59,773 nucleotides of DNA. Source: Thainema sp. (GTDB taxonomy: Bacteria > Cyanobacteriota > Cyanobacteriia > Phormidesmidales > Phormidesmidaceae). The notes beneath the pieces are model-generated. The model was not told the origin of the DNA. It did not search any database and worked only from the letters and a program-made list of their open reading frames with translations. Positions 22,459 to 33,667 of this stretch are shown here, piece after piece (position 1 is the first letter of the stretch; every line of letters starts with the position of its first letter). The stretch is from positions 1 through 59,773 of the forward strand of contig JBQLZK010000047.1 of the NCBI GenBank assembly GCA_052168235.1. The letters are read 5' to 3'. A program made the position numbers and the translations under genes.

Positions 22459-22805
22459 TGGTGTTGCATGATCGAGGGAGAGAGTGGCGTCGATTGCTGG
22501 TTCGGCTAGCAGTTGGATGGGTCGTTATGATCGGGACATTGACGCTGGGTGTAACTGCGATCGCACCTGCTGCCCAAGCGCTCAACTACTGTCGCACGGT
22601 TGGTGAACATGAGGTTTGCCTGCTTGATGTGAAACGCAGCGCCAAAAACTATTGGGAATATCGAGCTGTCGTCAGTGTTGATGGCAAGCAGCGCCCACTG
22701 GAAATCTATAACTGTCGTCAACGAATCCGCATCCGCGAAGATGGAACGGTCGTCCCCTTTGAAGCACAGGGCGCAGGCGTTTTGATCTGTAAGCTACTCG
22801 ATTAG
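22458..22805 (+). CDS. Conserved cyanobacterial small exported protein
   Basis: Signal peptide ending AQA; four Cys; KRSAKNYWEYRA; overlaps the hlyD stop. Confidence 0.75.
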   Translation: MVLHDRGREWRRLLVRLAVGWVVMIGTLTLGVTAIAPAAQALNYCRTVGEHEVCLLDVKRSAKNYWEYRAVVSVDGKQRPLEIYNCRQRIRIREDGTVVPFEAQGAGVLICKLLD

Positions 22806-22853
22806 AGAGGATTCAGTACAACTCCATAACTTGAAAACTTGAATCAAACCGAC

Positions 22854-22894
22854 AAAAACCTTGAGCGGCTGCACTGTAGCCGCTCAAGGTTTTT
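22854..22894. terminator. Bidirectional terminator
   Basis: AAAAACCTTGAGCGGCT...AGCCGCTCAAGGTTTTT between convergent genes. Confidence 0.85.
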
Positions 22895-22897
22895 ATC

Positions 22898-24289
22898 CTA
22901 AAACTCAACGCTTTGGGGAGAGCGGGGGAAGGGGATCACATCGCGGATATTAGTCATTCCGGTCATAAACTGCACTAGACGCTCGAAGCCAAGACCGAAA
23001 CCCGAGTGGGGCACGGTACCATAGCGGCGCAGATCGAGATACCACCAGTAGTTTTCCAGATCCAGGCCAGCCTCTTGAATCCGCCGTTCCAGTACGTCTA
23101 GCCGCTCTTCCCGCTGAGAGCCGCCAATGATTTCACCAATCCGGGGGGCCAGCACATCCATCGCTCGTACGGTCTTGCCGTCGTCGCCCAGCCGCATGTA
23201 GAAGGCTTTGATTTCAGTGGGGTAGTCTGTGACGATCACAGGCTTCTTAAACAGTTCCTCGGCCAGATAGCGCTCGTGCTCCGACTGCATATCCAGTCCC
23301 CAGGAAACTGGGAACTCAAATGTGCGATCGCTTTTTTCGAGCAGACGAATCGCTTCGGTATACGTAATCCGCTCAAACTCGTTATTGATAATATTCTCCG
23401 CCGTCGCCAGTACGTTTTCGTCAATCCGCTGGTTGAAAAACTCCATGTCATCGGCGCAGGTTTCAAACACGGACTTGAACACGTATTTGAGAAACGCTTC
23501 GGCTAAGTCCATGTTGCCGTCTAGGTCACAGAAGGCCATTTCCGGCTCCACCATCCAGAATTCGGCTAGGTGGCGTGAGGTGTTGGAGTTTTCTGCCCGG
23601 AAGGTTGGCCCAAAGGTATAAACGTCCGAAAACGCCATCGCCATAATTTCGGCTTCGAGCTGACCGCTGACGGTCAAAAAGGCAGGCTTACCAAAGAAGT
23701 CCTGCACATAGTCCACCGCCTGTTCTTTGGTCTTGGGCACGTTGCCCATATCCAGGCTAGTGACCGCAAACATTTCGCCTGCGCCTTCACAGTCACTGGC
23801 GGTCAAAATGGGCGTATGCACCCACATGAACCCGCGCTCCTGGAAAAACTGGTGAATCGCATTGGAGCAGGCGTTGCGGACGCGGAACACAGCTCCGAGA
23901 GTATTGGTGCGCGATCGCAGATGACCAATCGTGCGCAGAAACTCAAACGAATGGCGCTTTTTCTGAAGTGGATAGGTTTCGGCATCGGCCTCACCGTAAA
24001 CCGTGACGGATTGCGCTTGGATTTCCAGATTTTGCCCTTTGCCAGGAGACTGAACCAGCTTGCCCGTCACTTCAACGGAAGCGCCTGTGTTGATACGCGC
24101 CATTGTAGTTTCGTAGTCCGGCAGGTTGCCGTCTACCACAACTTGCAGCCCATCCATTGAAGAACCGTCATTGACGTTGACGAAAGCAAATCCCTTGGAT
24201 TCTCGCTTAGTGCGAACCCAGCCTTGAATGGTGACGACTTGATCAGGCTGTCCTTGGCGAACGATGTTTCGAATCCGTTGTTTGGTCAT
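22898..24289 (-). CDS. asnS: Asparagine--tRNA ligase
   Basis: [45 protein letters not shown]. Confidence 0.97.
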   Translation of the reverse strand: MTKQRIRNIVRQGQPDQVVTIQGWVRTKRESKGFAFVNVNDGSSMDGLQVVVDGNLPDYETTMARINTGASVEVTGKLVQSPGKGQNLEIQAQSVTVYGEADAETYPLQKKRHSFEFLRTIGHLRSRTNTLGAVFRVRNACSNAIHQFFQERGFMWVHTPILTASDCEGAGEMFAVTSLDMGNVPKTKEQAVDYVQDFFGKPAFLTVSGQLEAEIMAMAFSDVYTFGPTFRAENSNTSRHLAEFWMVEPEMAFCDLDGNMDLAEAFLKYVFKSVFETCADDMEFFNQRIDENVLATAENIINNEFERITYTEAIRLLEKSDRTFEFPVSWGLDMQSEHERYLAEELFKKPVIVTDYPTEIKAFYMRLGDDGKTVRAMDVLAPRIGEIIGGSQREERLDVLERRIQEAGLDLENYWWYLDLRRYGTVPHSGFGLGFERLVQFMTGMTNIRDVIPFPRSPQSVEF

Positions 24290-24357
24290 GATGCAAAGCG
24301 ACGTAAGCGTAAACTTCTAGTCTGGCACATTGGAAAGTATAGCGCTGACGCCATGCC

Positions 24358-25005
24358 TTAAAAAACCTGCTTTAGCCGTTGAAAATCTTGGTTAACTTCC
24401 TGATGGAGGGATTTGTTGTAGGGATCAGTCTGCAATGCTTTTTTCAGGTAAATCTGGGCTTTGGCAAATTGGCCATCATTGATCAACTGGCGGCCCCAGC
24501 GCTGATAGGTGATGGCTTGCCACTGACGCACTTCATCATCATTGGGAATCCGCTGAGCTAATCCTTCCACAAGTGCGATCGCACGTGGAAATTTCCTATA
24601 CTTCAGCAACGTTTGCAACTGGTTATAGGAATCTTGCTTCAGCTTTTGTTCAAGCTTTGACAAATTGGGATTTTTTTGAACTTCTGGATACTCAGGTTTC
24701 GGTGGCGTTGGCTTGGTCTGAGTTTGACGCTTGCTAGCTGAGCTTTTCCGCTGAGTCTGTACTGCCGTCGAGTTGGCAACCGACTCTGTTGAAGTTTCAG
24801 CAGAATCTAGACCATCATGAGGCAGCGCCTGACTTAACGTGCGATACGCTTCCGTTAACTCAATAAATTTATCCTTGGCCTGCTGATCGCCCGGATTCAC
24901 GTCTGGGTGATATCGACGAGCAAGCCGACGATAGGCCGCTTTCACATCGGCAAATGGTGCTCCGGTTCGGAGTCCTAACGCTCGGTAACAGTCGATCAGG
25001 TTCAT
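24358..25005 (-). CDS. J-domain protein with C-terminal TPR
   Basis: HPD motif (YHPDVN); TPR-like C-terminus. Confidence 0.9.
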   Translation of the reverse strand: MNLIDCYRALGLRTGAPFADVKAAYRRLARRYHPDVNPGDQQAKDKFIELTEAYRTLSQALPHDGLDSAETSTESVANSTAVQTQRKSSASKRQTQTKPTPPKPEYPEVQKNPNLSKLEQKLKQDSYNQLQTLLKYRKFPRAIALVEGLAQRIPNDDEVRQWQAITYQRWGRQLINDGQFAKAQIYLKKALQTDPYNKSLHQEVNQDFQRLKQVF

Positions 25006-25095
25006 CCCAAATAAAAACGGCAGAATCAATCAGATTCTGCCATTGATTTACATAATTGAATCATTCCGTCTAGAAATTGTGACAGATGCAGATTC

Positions 25096-25701
25096 TTAAG
25101 TAGATGTCGGAGTTTCTTCAATGACCCGATCAATCAGGCCATACTCAACCGCTTCTTGAGCAGACATGAAGTAGTCGCGATCGGTATCTTTTTCGATCTG
25201 CTCTAGGGTTTTGCCCGTGCGCTCGGCTAGCATTTGGTTAAGCTGCTGCTTCACGCGCAGGATCTCGCGCGCTTCAATTTCGATATCTGTTGCCTGACGC
25301 CGACCTGTGCCACCGAGAGGTTGGTGAATCATGATCCGAGCGTGGGGCAGCGCCAGCCGCTTACCTTTGGTGCCAGCTGCGAGCAGGAATGAACCCATTG
25401 AGGCCGCCAAGCCAACGCAAATGGTGATGATGTCGGACTTGATGTACTGCATCGTGTCGTAAATGGCCATCCCCGCCGTGACGGAACCACCAGGCGAATT
25501 GATGTACAGATAAATCGGCTTGCTGGGATCTTCAGAGTCGAGATACAGCATCGACGCCACGATTGAATTAGCCAGCGCATCGGTGACCTCTTGACCCAAG
25601 AAAATAATGCGCTCTTGGTTCAGCCGAGTATAGATGTCAATCCACTGGCTGAACTGGCTACCCGGCAGGCGATATGGAACTTTTGGAATACCAATAGGCA
25701 T
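25096..25701 (-). CDS. clpP3: ATP-dependent Clp protease proteolytic subunit
   Basis: YINSPGG, AASMG (catalytic Ser), [15 protein letters not shown]-terminus; paired with clpR. Confidence 0.93.
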   Translation of the reverse strand: MPIGIPKVPYRLPGSQFSQWIDIYTRLNQERIIFLGQEVTDALANSIVASMLYLDSEDPSKPIYLYINSPGGSVTAGMAIYDTMQYIKSDIITICVGLAASMGSFLLAAGTKGKRLALPHARIMIHQPLGGTGRRQATDIEIEAREILRVKQQLNQMLAERTGKTLEQIEKDTDRDYFMSAQEAVEYGLIDRVIEETPTST

Positions 25702-25817
25702 AATTCTGACTTGCTCTCTAGATGAATTTAGCTAATTGACAAAACGGGGCTTACCCTTAAGTGTGCGCAGACGAATATTAATTCAAGAATTGATTTAGAT
25801 AGGTTCAACCCCAGCAA

Positions 25818-26501
25818 TTAAAGCGCTGGCACGGGTGTAGGCAGTTCCTTAGTGCTTTCTAGTACACGGTCAATTAAACCGTACTCTTTGGCCTCTTGTG
25901 GTGTCAGATAGAACGTCCGATCGGTATCCTTTTCAATTTTCTTGGCGTCTTGCCCAGTATTTTTTGCCAGAATATCGATGGTGGTTTGCTTATTAAGTAA
26001 AACTTCCTTAGCCCGGATTTGAATATCGGTGGCTTGACCCCGTGCGCCGCTGCGGGATTGATTCAACACGATGGTGGCGTGCGGTAAGCTAGCTCGATAG
26101 CCTTTGGTACCTGCCGACAGGATCATGGCCGCTGTCCCCATCGCTTGACCAATACAAATAGTGTGAACAGGGGCTTTGACGTAAGAAATGGTGTCGCAAA
26201 TGGCAAACGCTTCGGTTTCAAAGCCAATTGCGTCGCCATCGTACCAGGAAGTTCCGGTGGAATTGATGTAGAAGTAAATAGGCTTGTCGGGATCATCAAA
26301 CTGCAAGTAGAGCAGTTGGGCAATGATTAACTCAGTTACATCAATACCGACTTGGCGTTTGATATCGTCTGAGGAATACAGTGGAAGCCCCAGATAAATG
26401 ATCCGCTCTTTTAAGAGAAGCGACGGCAAGTCCGGAGGCGGCGTGCGGTAGTATGCGTCTCCGTATGCTTGGGTCTGAACTGCTTTAATCTGTGAAGTCA
26501 T
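25818..26501 (-). CDS. clpR: Clp protease inactive subunit ClpR
   Basis: RTPPPDLPSLLLKERI; lacks the catalytic Ser and His (AMGT, VLNQ). Confidence 0.92.
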   Translation of the reverse strand: MTSQIKAVQTQAYGDAYYRTPPPDLPSLLLKERIIYLGLPLYSSDDIKRQVGIDVTELIIAQLLYLQFDDPDKPIYFYINSTGTSWYDGDAIGFETEAFAICDTISYVKAPVHTICIGQAMGTAAMILSAGTKGYRASLPHATIVLNQSRSGARGQATDIQIRAKEVLLNKQTTIDILAKNTGQDAKKIEKDTDRTFYLTPQEAKEYGLIDRVLESTKELPTPVPAL

Positions 26502-26790
26502 ACGCTCTGGGATTGCCTCTAACCGTGGCATTGTGTTCAGTCACATCTTGCACTTTACAAACCTGGAACTCGGAAAGTCCATCTTGTCACCGTGTGGCGG
26601 CAACATAAACCATTCGGGTTTAGGTGTAAAGATGTAAGTTCTAACATAGTAACGCGAGCCTGAGTCTCTCAGGCGGATTGAAGGCAGTGATCTCCGCACC
26701 TCGTGCGGAATTTTGTTAATTTTGCCAGTCATCCTGTCAAGTGGCTTGAAATACGTTGGAAATAGTCTTGAAAGATTAAGGAGTTTCACC

Positions 26791-28032
26791 ATGCGAGTGG
26801 CGCTACGGGCGGTTTTAAGTGATGCCAATTTGGATGCTGCTCAAGCCAATAGTCAGCGGCAGCTGGCAGTGTCGATGACTGCGATCGCACATTCACAACA
26901 GCATGCTCCGCTCAATCTCTGCCTAGTACTCGACCACAGCGGCTCAATGCACGGGCGACCTCTGGATACGGTGAAGCAAGCGGCGATCAAACTGGTGGAA
27001 AATTTGTCGCCTCACGATCGGATTTCCATCATTGGTTTTGACCATCGAGCGCGGGTGATTGTTGAGAATCAGGCGGTAGACAGTCCTGCTGCCATTAAAT
27101 CTGCGATTAGTCAACTTAAGGCAACGGGTGGCACCTGCATCGATGAAGGGATGAAGCTGGGCATTGAGGAATTAATCAAGGGCAAAGACGAGCGGGTGTC
27201 TCAAGTCTTTTTGCTCACCGATGGCGAGAATGAGCATGGTGACAATGAGCGCTGCTTGAAACTGGCGAATCTGTCTGCCAGCTACAACATTACGCTGAAT
27301 ACGCTGGGCTTTGGCGACCACTGGAATCAGGATGTGCTGGAGCAAATTGCTGATGCTGCGGGTGGGGCATTGACGTATATTCAAAAACCGGAAGCTGCGG
27401 TTGATGAATTCAATAAGTTACTGACCCGTGTGCAGTCTGTGGCGCTGACGAATGCGCATTTATATCTCCGGCTCAGTCCGGATGTGCGATTGGCGGAGCT
27501 AAAGCCTGTGGCTCAGGTAGCTCCGGATACGGTTGAGTTGCCGCTGATTCAAGATGGCGATCAGTGCATGGTGCGGATCGGTGACCTGATGGTTGATGTG
27601 CCGCGCGTGGTGCTGGTGAATCTCTACATTGGTCAGTTGGCGGCTGGAACTCATGAAATTGCTCAGGTGCAAATTCGCTACGATGATCCGGTTTTGGGGC
27701 AGCAGGAGCAGACGACAGATACGCTGCCTGTGATGATTCAGGCGATGACGGTGTTTCAGCCTGCGCCAGAGCCGGAGGTGCAGACGCATGTGCTGGCGCT
27801 GGCCAAGTATCGTCAAACGCAGATTGCGGAGCAGAAGTTGAAGGATGGTGATCGGGCGGGAGCGGCGACGATGTTGCAGTCGGCGGCGAAAACGGCGATT
27901 CAAATGGGTGATCAGAGTGCAGCGACAGTACTGCAAGAGAATGCGACACGGTTACAGTCGGGTGGGGAATTGTCGGAGAGCGATCGCAAGCAGACGCGAA
28001 TTGTGTCGAAGACGATGTTGCAAGGTGAGTAG
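26791..28032 (+). CDS. VWA domain protein (YfbK-like)
   Basis: MIDAS DHSGSM, GGT, LLTDGEN; RBS AAGGAG before ATG 26791. Confidence 0.9.
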   Translation: MRVALRAVLSDANLDAAQANSQRQLAVSMTAIAHSQQHAPLNLCLVLDHSGSMHGRPLDTVKQAAIKLVENLSPHDRISIIGFDHRARVIVENQAVDSPAAIKSAISQLKATGGTCIDEGMKLGIEELIKGKDERVSQVFLLTDGENEHGDNERCLKLANLSASYNITLNTLGFGDHWNQDVLEQIADAAGGALTYIQKPEAAVDEFNKLLTRVQSVALTNAHLYLRLSPDVRLAELKPVAQVAPDTVELPLIQDGDQCMVRIGDLMVDVPRVVLVNLYIGQLAAGTHEIAQVQIRYDDPVLGQQEQTTDTLPVMIQAMTVFQPAPEPEVQTHVLALAKYRQTQIAEQKLKDGDRAGAATMLQSAAKTAIQMGDQSAATVLQENATRLQSGGELSESDRKQTRIVSKTMLQGE

Positions 28033-28341
28033 TGTTTGCCAGTTTTCGGGTTGGTTGGCGGAGTCTATTTTGTGATGGAGGGTTGCTTCTGAGGGGACTA
28101 GCCCCCTCAGACTCCCCCACTGGTGCGTGCCGTCGCCCCAGGCCCCCACGGATGATGTGATCGGTGGGTGGTGTTGAGTCGCTTCGCTTTGCTGGGGATG
28201 ATCGGGTGTTACTAAAAAAGGGGAAGTGTGCGTTGCATGCTTCCCCTTTCATTATTTTTCGCTTTTTTGTTAAAACGATTTCTGTCTGTCACTGTTGCCT
28301 AGGCTTCAACCGGAAATGGCCTGAAGCGCAGAGAGTTGGAC

Positions 28342-28479
28342 TTACTTAAAGCCAACGGCGGCTTGCCAGACGAATGCTAGCAGCAGGAAGAAGACAGGGA
28401 TAACTGGCAGAACGTCAACCAGTGGATCGAAGATTTGATAGGCTTCTGGCAATTTCGCCAATAGCAGCGCTGCTTCCAT
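28342..28479 (-). CDS. psbK: Photosystem II protein K
   Basis: [45 protein letters not shown]. Confidence 0.98.
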   Translation of the reverse strand: MEAALLLAKLPEAYQIFDPLVDVLPVIPVFFLLLAFVWQAAVGFK

Positions 28480-28599
28480 GAATTGATCTACCTCTCCAAC
28501 ACAGACTTCAAGAATTGCTAAGTATCCTAACATGTTCTCATAAACTTACATCCTGAAGCTTTTACGAAAACCAAAAGGGCCATTTTTAATAGCTATAAA

Positions 28600-29817
28600 T
28601 CAGCTCTGAGATTTTGCTATTTGCTGGACAAAATCGTAGAGCTGGTGGGCCATTTTGAGTTTGCTGCAGGGGGCGATTTGGTGTTGGTTGCCTGTGGCGC
28701 TGATGAAGATGGCTTGATTAGAATCCGTGCCGAAGCCACTGTTAGGCTGGTCAATGGGGTTGGCTGCGATCGCATCTAATCCTTTTTCCTTCAATTTCCG
28801 CAAGGCAGGGGTGACAATATCGCCTGTCTGCGCCGCAAAGCCAATCAGAACTTGGTGCGGCTTCTTTTGCTTGCCTAAATCGGCGGCAATATCGGGCACA
28901 AATTCCAGTGGTAAAGCGGTCGGCAGCTCGGACTTGGGTAATTTTGCCGCAGCGGTTTGAGCGGGACGGACATCAGCGACTGCGGCGGCCATGATGATCC
29001 AATCGGCTTGGGGTAGGGCTGAGCGCATAGCTTGGTGCATTTCGTGAGCGCTGGTAACAGCAATCTTCTGCGCATTTGGCACTAGAGCTAGCAAATGAGA
29101 TTCCATTGGCCCATGCACCAGCGTGACCGCTGCCCCGCGATGCTGCGCCGCTTGCGCCAGCGCAATGCCCATCTTTCCGGTTGAGGGATTGCCGATAAAG
29201 CGCACCGGATCTAAATACTCACGGGTACTGGCGGTGCTGATGAGAACATGCTTGCCACCAAAATCCCGCTGGCCTTGGGTGTGCAGCAGCGATTCAATAT
29301 GTGCCAGGATTTCAGGTGGTTCAGCCATGCGACCTTTGCCGATGCGATCGCAGGCTAAAATACCCGCTCCCGGTTCCATTGAGTGGTAGCGAGAATCCTG
29401 CTGCACCAGTTGCCAATTGCGCTGAACCGAGTGCTGCTGCCACATGTCGGTATTCATGGCGGGGGCCAGCAGAATGGGACAGGTCGAAGCCAGCACCATA
29501 TTGGTCAGCAGATTGTCTGCTAACCCGTGCGCCAGTTTGCCTAATGTATTAGCCGTCAGCGGAGCCAAGACACACAAATTTGCCCACTCCGCCAGTTCAA
29601 TGTGGAGTGGGCGAGAATGAGTAGGTTGCCAAAAATCGCGATCGCAGCAGGCTGGATGACGAGCTAGGGTTGCAAACGTCAGCGGCGAAACAAACTGCTG
29701 AGCCGCATCGGTCATTACAACCCGTACCTGGTGCCCAGCTTTCGCTAAACTCGAAACCACTTCGCAGACTTTATAAGCCGCGATGCCGCCGCCAACGCCG
29801 ATCAGAATCTGACTCAC
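28600..29817 (-). CDS. coaBC: Phosphopantothenoylcysteine decarboxylase/ligase
   Basis: [41 protein letters not shown]. Confidence 0.95.
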   Translation of the reverse strand: MSQILIGVGGGIAAYKVCEVVSSLAKAGHQVRVVMTDAAQQFVSPLTFATLARHPACCDRDFWQPTHSRPLHIELAEWANLCVLAPLTANTLGKLAHGLADNLLTNMVLASTCPILLAPAMNTDMWQQHSVQRNWQLVQQDSRYHSMEPGAGILACDRIGKGRMAEPPEILAHIESLLHTQGQRDFGGKHVLISTASTREYLDPVRFIGNPSTGKMGIALAQAAQHRGAAVTLVHGPMESHLLALVPNAQKIAVTSAHEMHQAMRSALPQADWIIMAAAVADVRPAQTAAAKLPKSELPTALPLEFVPDIAADLGKQKKPHQVLIGFAAQTGDIVTPALRKLKEKGLDAIAANPIDQPNSGFGTDSNQAIFISATGNQHQIAPCSKLKMAHQLYDFVQQIAKSQS

Positions 29818-30032
29818 TCTTCGTCAAACGGTTCAAAATCGAGTAGATAGGTATAGGGTTCTGCCAATTCTGGCCGCTGGAATGCAATTGCCCGCAGCAA
29901 ATGCCAATCGTTGAGGCCATCGAACACGCTGTCGTAGTCATCCTGTTCCAGCCGATTCGCAAGCTGCGCGACCGCTTCTGGTGTCATGCTCGAAACATCT
30001 TTCTGCGAGATGTGCATCGTAACCATGTTCAC
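29814..30032 (-). CDS. DUF2555 family protein
   Basis: LA.RLEQDDY...[18 protein letters not shown]; directly upstream of coaBC. Confidence 0.85.
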   Translation of the reverse strand: MNMVTMHISQKDVSSMTPEAVAQLANRLEQDDYDSVFDGLNDWHLLRAIAFQRPELAEPYTYLLDFEPFDEE

Positions 30033-30134
30033 GCCTCCTTACCCCTTATTCCGCTAGGAAGCAACGGTGATTTCCCGATCAGACTGGGTATAAAAACCAG
30101 CCGAGGCAAATTACCGTACACTCTACCTTTCATA

Positions 30135-30809
30135 CTAAGCTGTTTCACCAGCCTTTGGCCCAATCTCCTGTACAAAACTTCTTATTTGTGCAAGTGCTGA
30201 CAGTTGAATTTCGTGGCCCATATCGAACTCGTGATACTGAACCGCTACTCCTGCTTTCTGGAGCTGATCGCGAGTTTGATGAGCAGCAGCCAGGGGCACA
30301 ACCGGATCAAAGCGTCCATGTACGACAAACACAGGCGGAGTTTCTGCACTATCTTCGATCCTGAGCGATCCATGCAGATAACCACTCATCACAATCAGCG
30401 CCGCCAACGGCAACGACAGACCCACATCCAGCGTCATCGCGCCGCCCTGAGAAAATCCCGCCAAAATCGTGCGCGATAGGGGAATGCCAGTTTGATCGAC
30501 TAGCGATCGCAACCAATTGCGTAACTGCTCCCGACTGCTCTGCAAATCGGCCTGCTGCTCTAGGTTATGCACATCGCTGAAATCATAGCCAGCCGGAAAG
30601 CCGTACCACATCTTGCCTCCCGGTGCCTGGGGATGGGGAAACGGCGCATCAGGAAAAATCATCTGGCAGTCCGGCAAATTCATGTAAGGAGCCAAACCCG
30701 CTAAATCTTGGGCATTAGCTCCCCAACCATGCAGTCCAACAAACAGATGAGACGGGGTTTCAGTTTCGGCAGAATGAATGGGCGGAATTGCGATCGCACG
30801 CAAAGTCAC
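30135..30809 (-). CDS. Phospholipase/carboxylesterase (alpha/beta hydrolase)
   Basis: LHGWG, GFSQGG, HGRFDPVVP, MGHEI. Confidence 0.92.
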   Translation of the reverse strand: MTLRAIAIPPIHSAETETPSHLFVGLHGWGANAQDLAGLAPYMNLPDCQMIFPDAPFPHPQAPGGKMWYGFPAGYDFSDVHNLEQQADLQSSREQLRNWLRSLVDQTGIPLSRTILAGFSQGGAMTLDVGLSLPLAALIVMSGYLHGSLRIEDSAETPPVFVVHGRFDPVVPLAAAHQTRDQLQKAGVAVQYHEFDMGHEIQLSALAQIRSFVQEIGPKAGETA

Positions 30810-30834
30810 AAGCTAATTTACTCCAACAAATCAA

Positions 30835-30930
30835 CAGCAACCGTTAATGAGCCGTAGCCGTAGGTTGGGTTAGCGCTAGCGTAACCCAACGCTCACAAGT
30901 TTGATAGTGCCAGCAACCGTTAATGAGCCG
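30835..30930. repeat. GTAG REP flanked by a 20-bp direct repeat
   Basis: CAGCAACCGTTAATGAGCCG at 30835-30854 and 30911-30930; REP GTAGGTTGGGTTAGCGCTAGCGTAACCCAAC at 30860-30890. Confidence 0.85.
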
Positions 30931-32128
30931 ATGGCACAGGTTCCGACCGAAAGCGAATATTGGCCTGCCGGAATCGATCCAGCACCTCACCTAAGCGATC
31001 GCAATCAGCAATCAGGCTCACTCGCACATAACCTTCACCGCCTTCACCAAAGGCGTTACCAGGTGTAACCACAACGCCCGTTTGCTGCAGCACCGACAGA
31101 GCAAAATCGGTGGACGTCATATCCGGTGGACAGGGCACCCAAAGATACATCGTCGCTTCGGTCTTGGGCACATCCCAACCCAGTTCGCCTAAGCCCTTGA
31201 TCAGGAAATCGCGGCGAGTACGATAACGGGTCTGTACCTCTTCTAAATGAGAATCCGGTAAATTCAGCGCCGTTTCGGCTGCCTGCTGGAGCGCGGAAAA
31301 AATGCCGTAGTCCAGATTGGTCTTCAGCGTCCGTAAGCCCTGGATAATATGGCGATTGCCGACGACAAAGCCGACCCGCCAACCCGCCATATTGTAAGTC
31401 TTCGACAGAGTGTGAAACTCGACGCCAATATCCTTCGCGCCAGGAATTTCCAGCAAGCTGGTGGGATGATAGCCGTCAAAGGCCAGCTCCGCATAGCAGA
31501 GATCATGCACCAGCATAATTCCATAGTGCTGGGCAAAGGCTACCGCCTCTTCAAAAAACTCGCGGGGAGCGGTCGCTGCCGTCGGGTTATTGGGATAGTT
31601 GAAGTATAGAACTTTAGCCCGTTCCGCTACGGCATCGGGAATTGAGCCAAAGTCAATTAGCCAGTTGTTCTCGGCGGTCAAAACGACATCGTAAATGTCT
31701 GCTCCAGCGATTAATGGCCCGCGAAAATGGGCCGGATAAGCCGGACTGGGCACCAAAACCGTGTCGCCCGGATTGATGTAGGCCATTGAAAGGTGGCCGA
31801 TGCCTTCTTTAGAACCCAGGAGCGGCAGAGCTTCCCCGTCTGGGTCGAGGTCGACATCATAGCGGCGACGATACCAATCTGTAATCGTCCGCCGAAAGCT
31901 GGCCGTGCCTTCAAACGGCGGATAGCCGTGATTTGCAACGTTCTGAATCGCTGCGATCGCAGCTTCAACGACAGGCTGAGGTGTTGGCCCATCGGGATTG
32001 CCCATGCCCAAATCAATCAGATCGAGTCCTTGTGCCCTGGCATTTGCTTTCAGCTCATCTAAACGCGCAAACACATAAGGTGGCAGCGTTTTAAGCCGAT
32101 CTGCCGGTTGAATCCAATCTAATGTCAT
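30920..32128 (-). CDS. Class I/II PLP-dependent aminotransferase (aspartate / LL-DAP aminotransferase-like)
   Basis: LPPYVFARL, YPNNPT, HDLCY, SKTYNMAGWRVG. Confidence 0.9.
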   Translation of the reverse strand: MTLDWIQPADRLKTLPPYVFARLDELKANARAQGLDLIDLGMGNPDGPTPQPVVEAAIAAIQNVANHGYPPFEGTASFRRTITDWYRRRYDVDLDPDGEALPLLGSKEGIGHLSMAYINPGDTVLVPSPAYPAHFRGPLIAGADIYDVVLTAENNWLIDFGSIPDAVAERAKVLYFNYPNNPTAATAPREFFEEAVAFAQHYGIMLVHDLCYAELAFDGYHPTSLLEIPGAKDIGVEFHTLSKTYNMAGWRVGFVVGNRHIIQGLRTLKTNLDYGIFSALQQAAETALNLPDSHLEEVQTRYRTRRDFLIKGLGELGWDVPKTEATMYLWVPCPPDMTSTDFALSVLQQTGVVVTPGNAFGEGGEGYVRVSLIADCDRLGEVLDRFRQANIRFRSEPVPSAH

Positions 32129-33321
32129 GCCGATACCTCAGAGGTGCGAGAAGCCGTTTCGCTTACGGTGGTTGATACCATGGCTGCCAAAAGCTGTTCC
32201 GGTGTAACTGTAAACGGCAGACGGTGAATATCAGACTGCTGATCACAGGCCAGCTCGGCAGCATGTTGCAGATCTGCCAATGTTACCTGATGAAGACCCA
32301 AATCCGAAAGCGTACAGGGTAACCCAATCTCTCGGTAGAACCGAATTAGCTGCTGTCGCGACGAACTTGCGAGCTGATTGCCCTGCACCATTTCCTCTAG
32401 CCGCAACTGCACCAAAATGCCATAGGCCACTTTTTCGCCATGCAGCGTTTTCTGGATCGTTTTGACATGGGTTAAGCCATTATGCACGGCATGAGCCGCA
32501 ACCGTGCGGCACTGTGCGCCACCGACGCCACCAATCACACCCGCTAAAAGCACCGTTGCATCCACAACTTCGCGCCATTCTGCCCCACCGGGTTCATCCA
32601 ATGCCGCCGCTGATTTTTGGAACAGGATATCCCGCAAAACTCGCGCCTGCTGAACGGCAGCAATCAGCAACGTTTGCGCCGAATGACCGCTGCTCACGGA
32701 AGCCTCGTACCACTTCGCCAGGGCATCGCCAATGCCAGCCACCAGCGTCCGACGCGACGCCGTAGCCACTAGGTCATAATCCAAAATCAGCAAGTCTGGG
32801 CAACGGGCCAGCGCCACATCGTACTGAAATGCGCCTTCGTTTGAGTAGATGTTCGACAACGCCGTCCAAGCCGCACAGGTTGCGCCGGAAGTGGGTACGG
32901 TCACGACAGGCACCTTGCACTGATAGGCCAGCAGTTTCGCTGTATCCAGCGCTTTACCACCACCGACACCAATCACCACATCTGCCTGATGCTGCTCGGC
33001 AGCTTGCCGCAGCGTCGCCAGGGATGATTCGCTACAGTCCGGCTGATAGATTGCCTGAGCCAACTTCAAACTATGCTGTTTTGCGATCGCACCTAATGTC
33101 TCCTCAACCAGTGGCAGCGAATGCTCTCCTCCAATCACCAAAGGTCGCGCTCCCAACTGTGCGATCGCATCTCCCGCTGCCGCCAAAATGCCTGAACCTC
33201 GACGCACCTGTCCGGGTGCGATCGCAAGCGGCGGTAAATTGGCAGTTGCACATCCGGTATTGGTAGAAGTCTGCATTGAATCTGATGCGTTGTGAGACGC
33301 AGAATGAGACGATCGTGGCAT
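32125..33321 (-). CDS. Iron-containing alcohol dehydrogenase / glycerol dehydrogenase family protein
   Basis: GVGGGKALDTAK, AGIGDALAKWYE, AHAVHNGL, LHGEKVAYG; start uncertain. Confidence 0.9.
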   Translation of the reverse strand: MPRSSHSASHNASDSMQTSTNTGCATANLPPLAIAPGQVRRGSGILAAAGDAIAQLGARPLVIGGEHSLPLVEETLGAIAKQHSLKLAQAIYQPDCSESSLATLRQAAEQHQADVVIGVGGGKALDTAKLLAYQCKVPVVTVPTSGATCAAWTALSNIYSNEGAFQYDVALARCPDLLILDYDLVATASRRTLVAGIGDALAKWYEASVSSGHSAQTLLIAAVQQARVLRDILFQKSAAALDEPGGAEWREVVDATVLLAGVIGGVGGAQCRTVAAHAVHNGLTHVKTIQKTLHGEKVAYGILVQLRLEEMVQGNQLASSSRQQLIRFYREIGLPCTLSDLGLHQVTLADLQHAAELACDQQSDIHRLPFTVTPEQLLAAMVSTTVSETASRTSEVSA

Positions 33322-33530
33322 AGAGTTTAGTTGCTGTGAGATTAGAAATAGGGTGGGAAAAAGGCTACTGGACTCATTAAGAAGCAGATTGGCCTCTATT
33401 CAGTATCGTAAAATACTTACGCCTGAAACGGCGAATAACTCACGCCTTGCGTCAAACCCCTAAAGAGGGAATCTGCCATCGCAGCCCACACAGCACACAA
33501 TCATAAATTTATTGATAACTATCGCCAAAT

Positions 33531-33667
33531 AAAAAGCCGACCCTCCCACAGGTCGGCTTGCACTCAAATTACTTGAGTTCCGTTGTTTCTTGAAGCTTGG
33601 AAGAAATCCAAACTGTACTCCTAAACACCAGTTGCCTGGTTAATGTTTAGAATTGTTAACTGACTTC
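33531..33667 (-). ncRNA. Candidate small RNA, PsrR1-like
   Basis: -10 TACAAT (33674-33679 on the minus strand); about 137 nt with no ORF in the supplied track; terminator AAGCCGACC/GGTCGGCTT plus T-run. Resemblance to PsrR1 is from memory only. Confidence 0.5.

Noticed and set aside
27473..28252. 259-aa Pro/Ser-rich ORF on the minus strand
   Set aside because: Antisense shadow of the VWA gene extended through an intergenic repeat.
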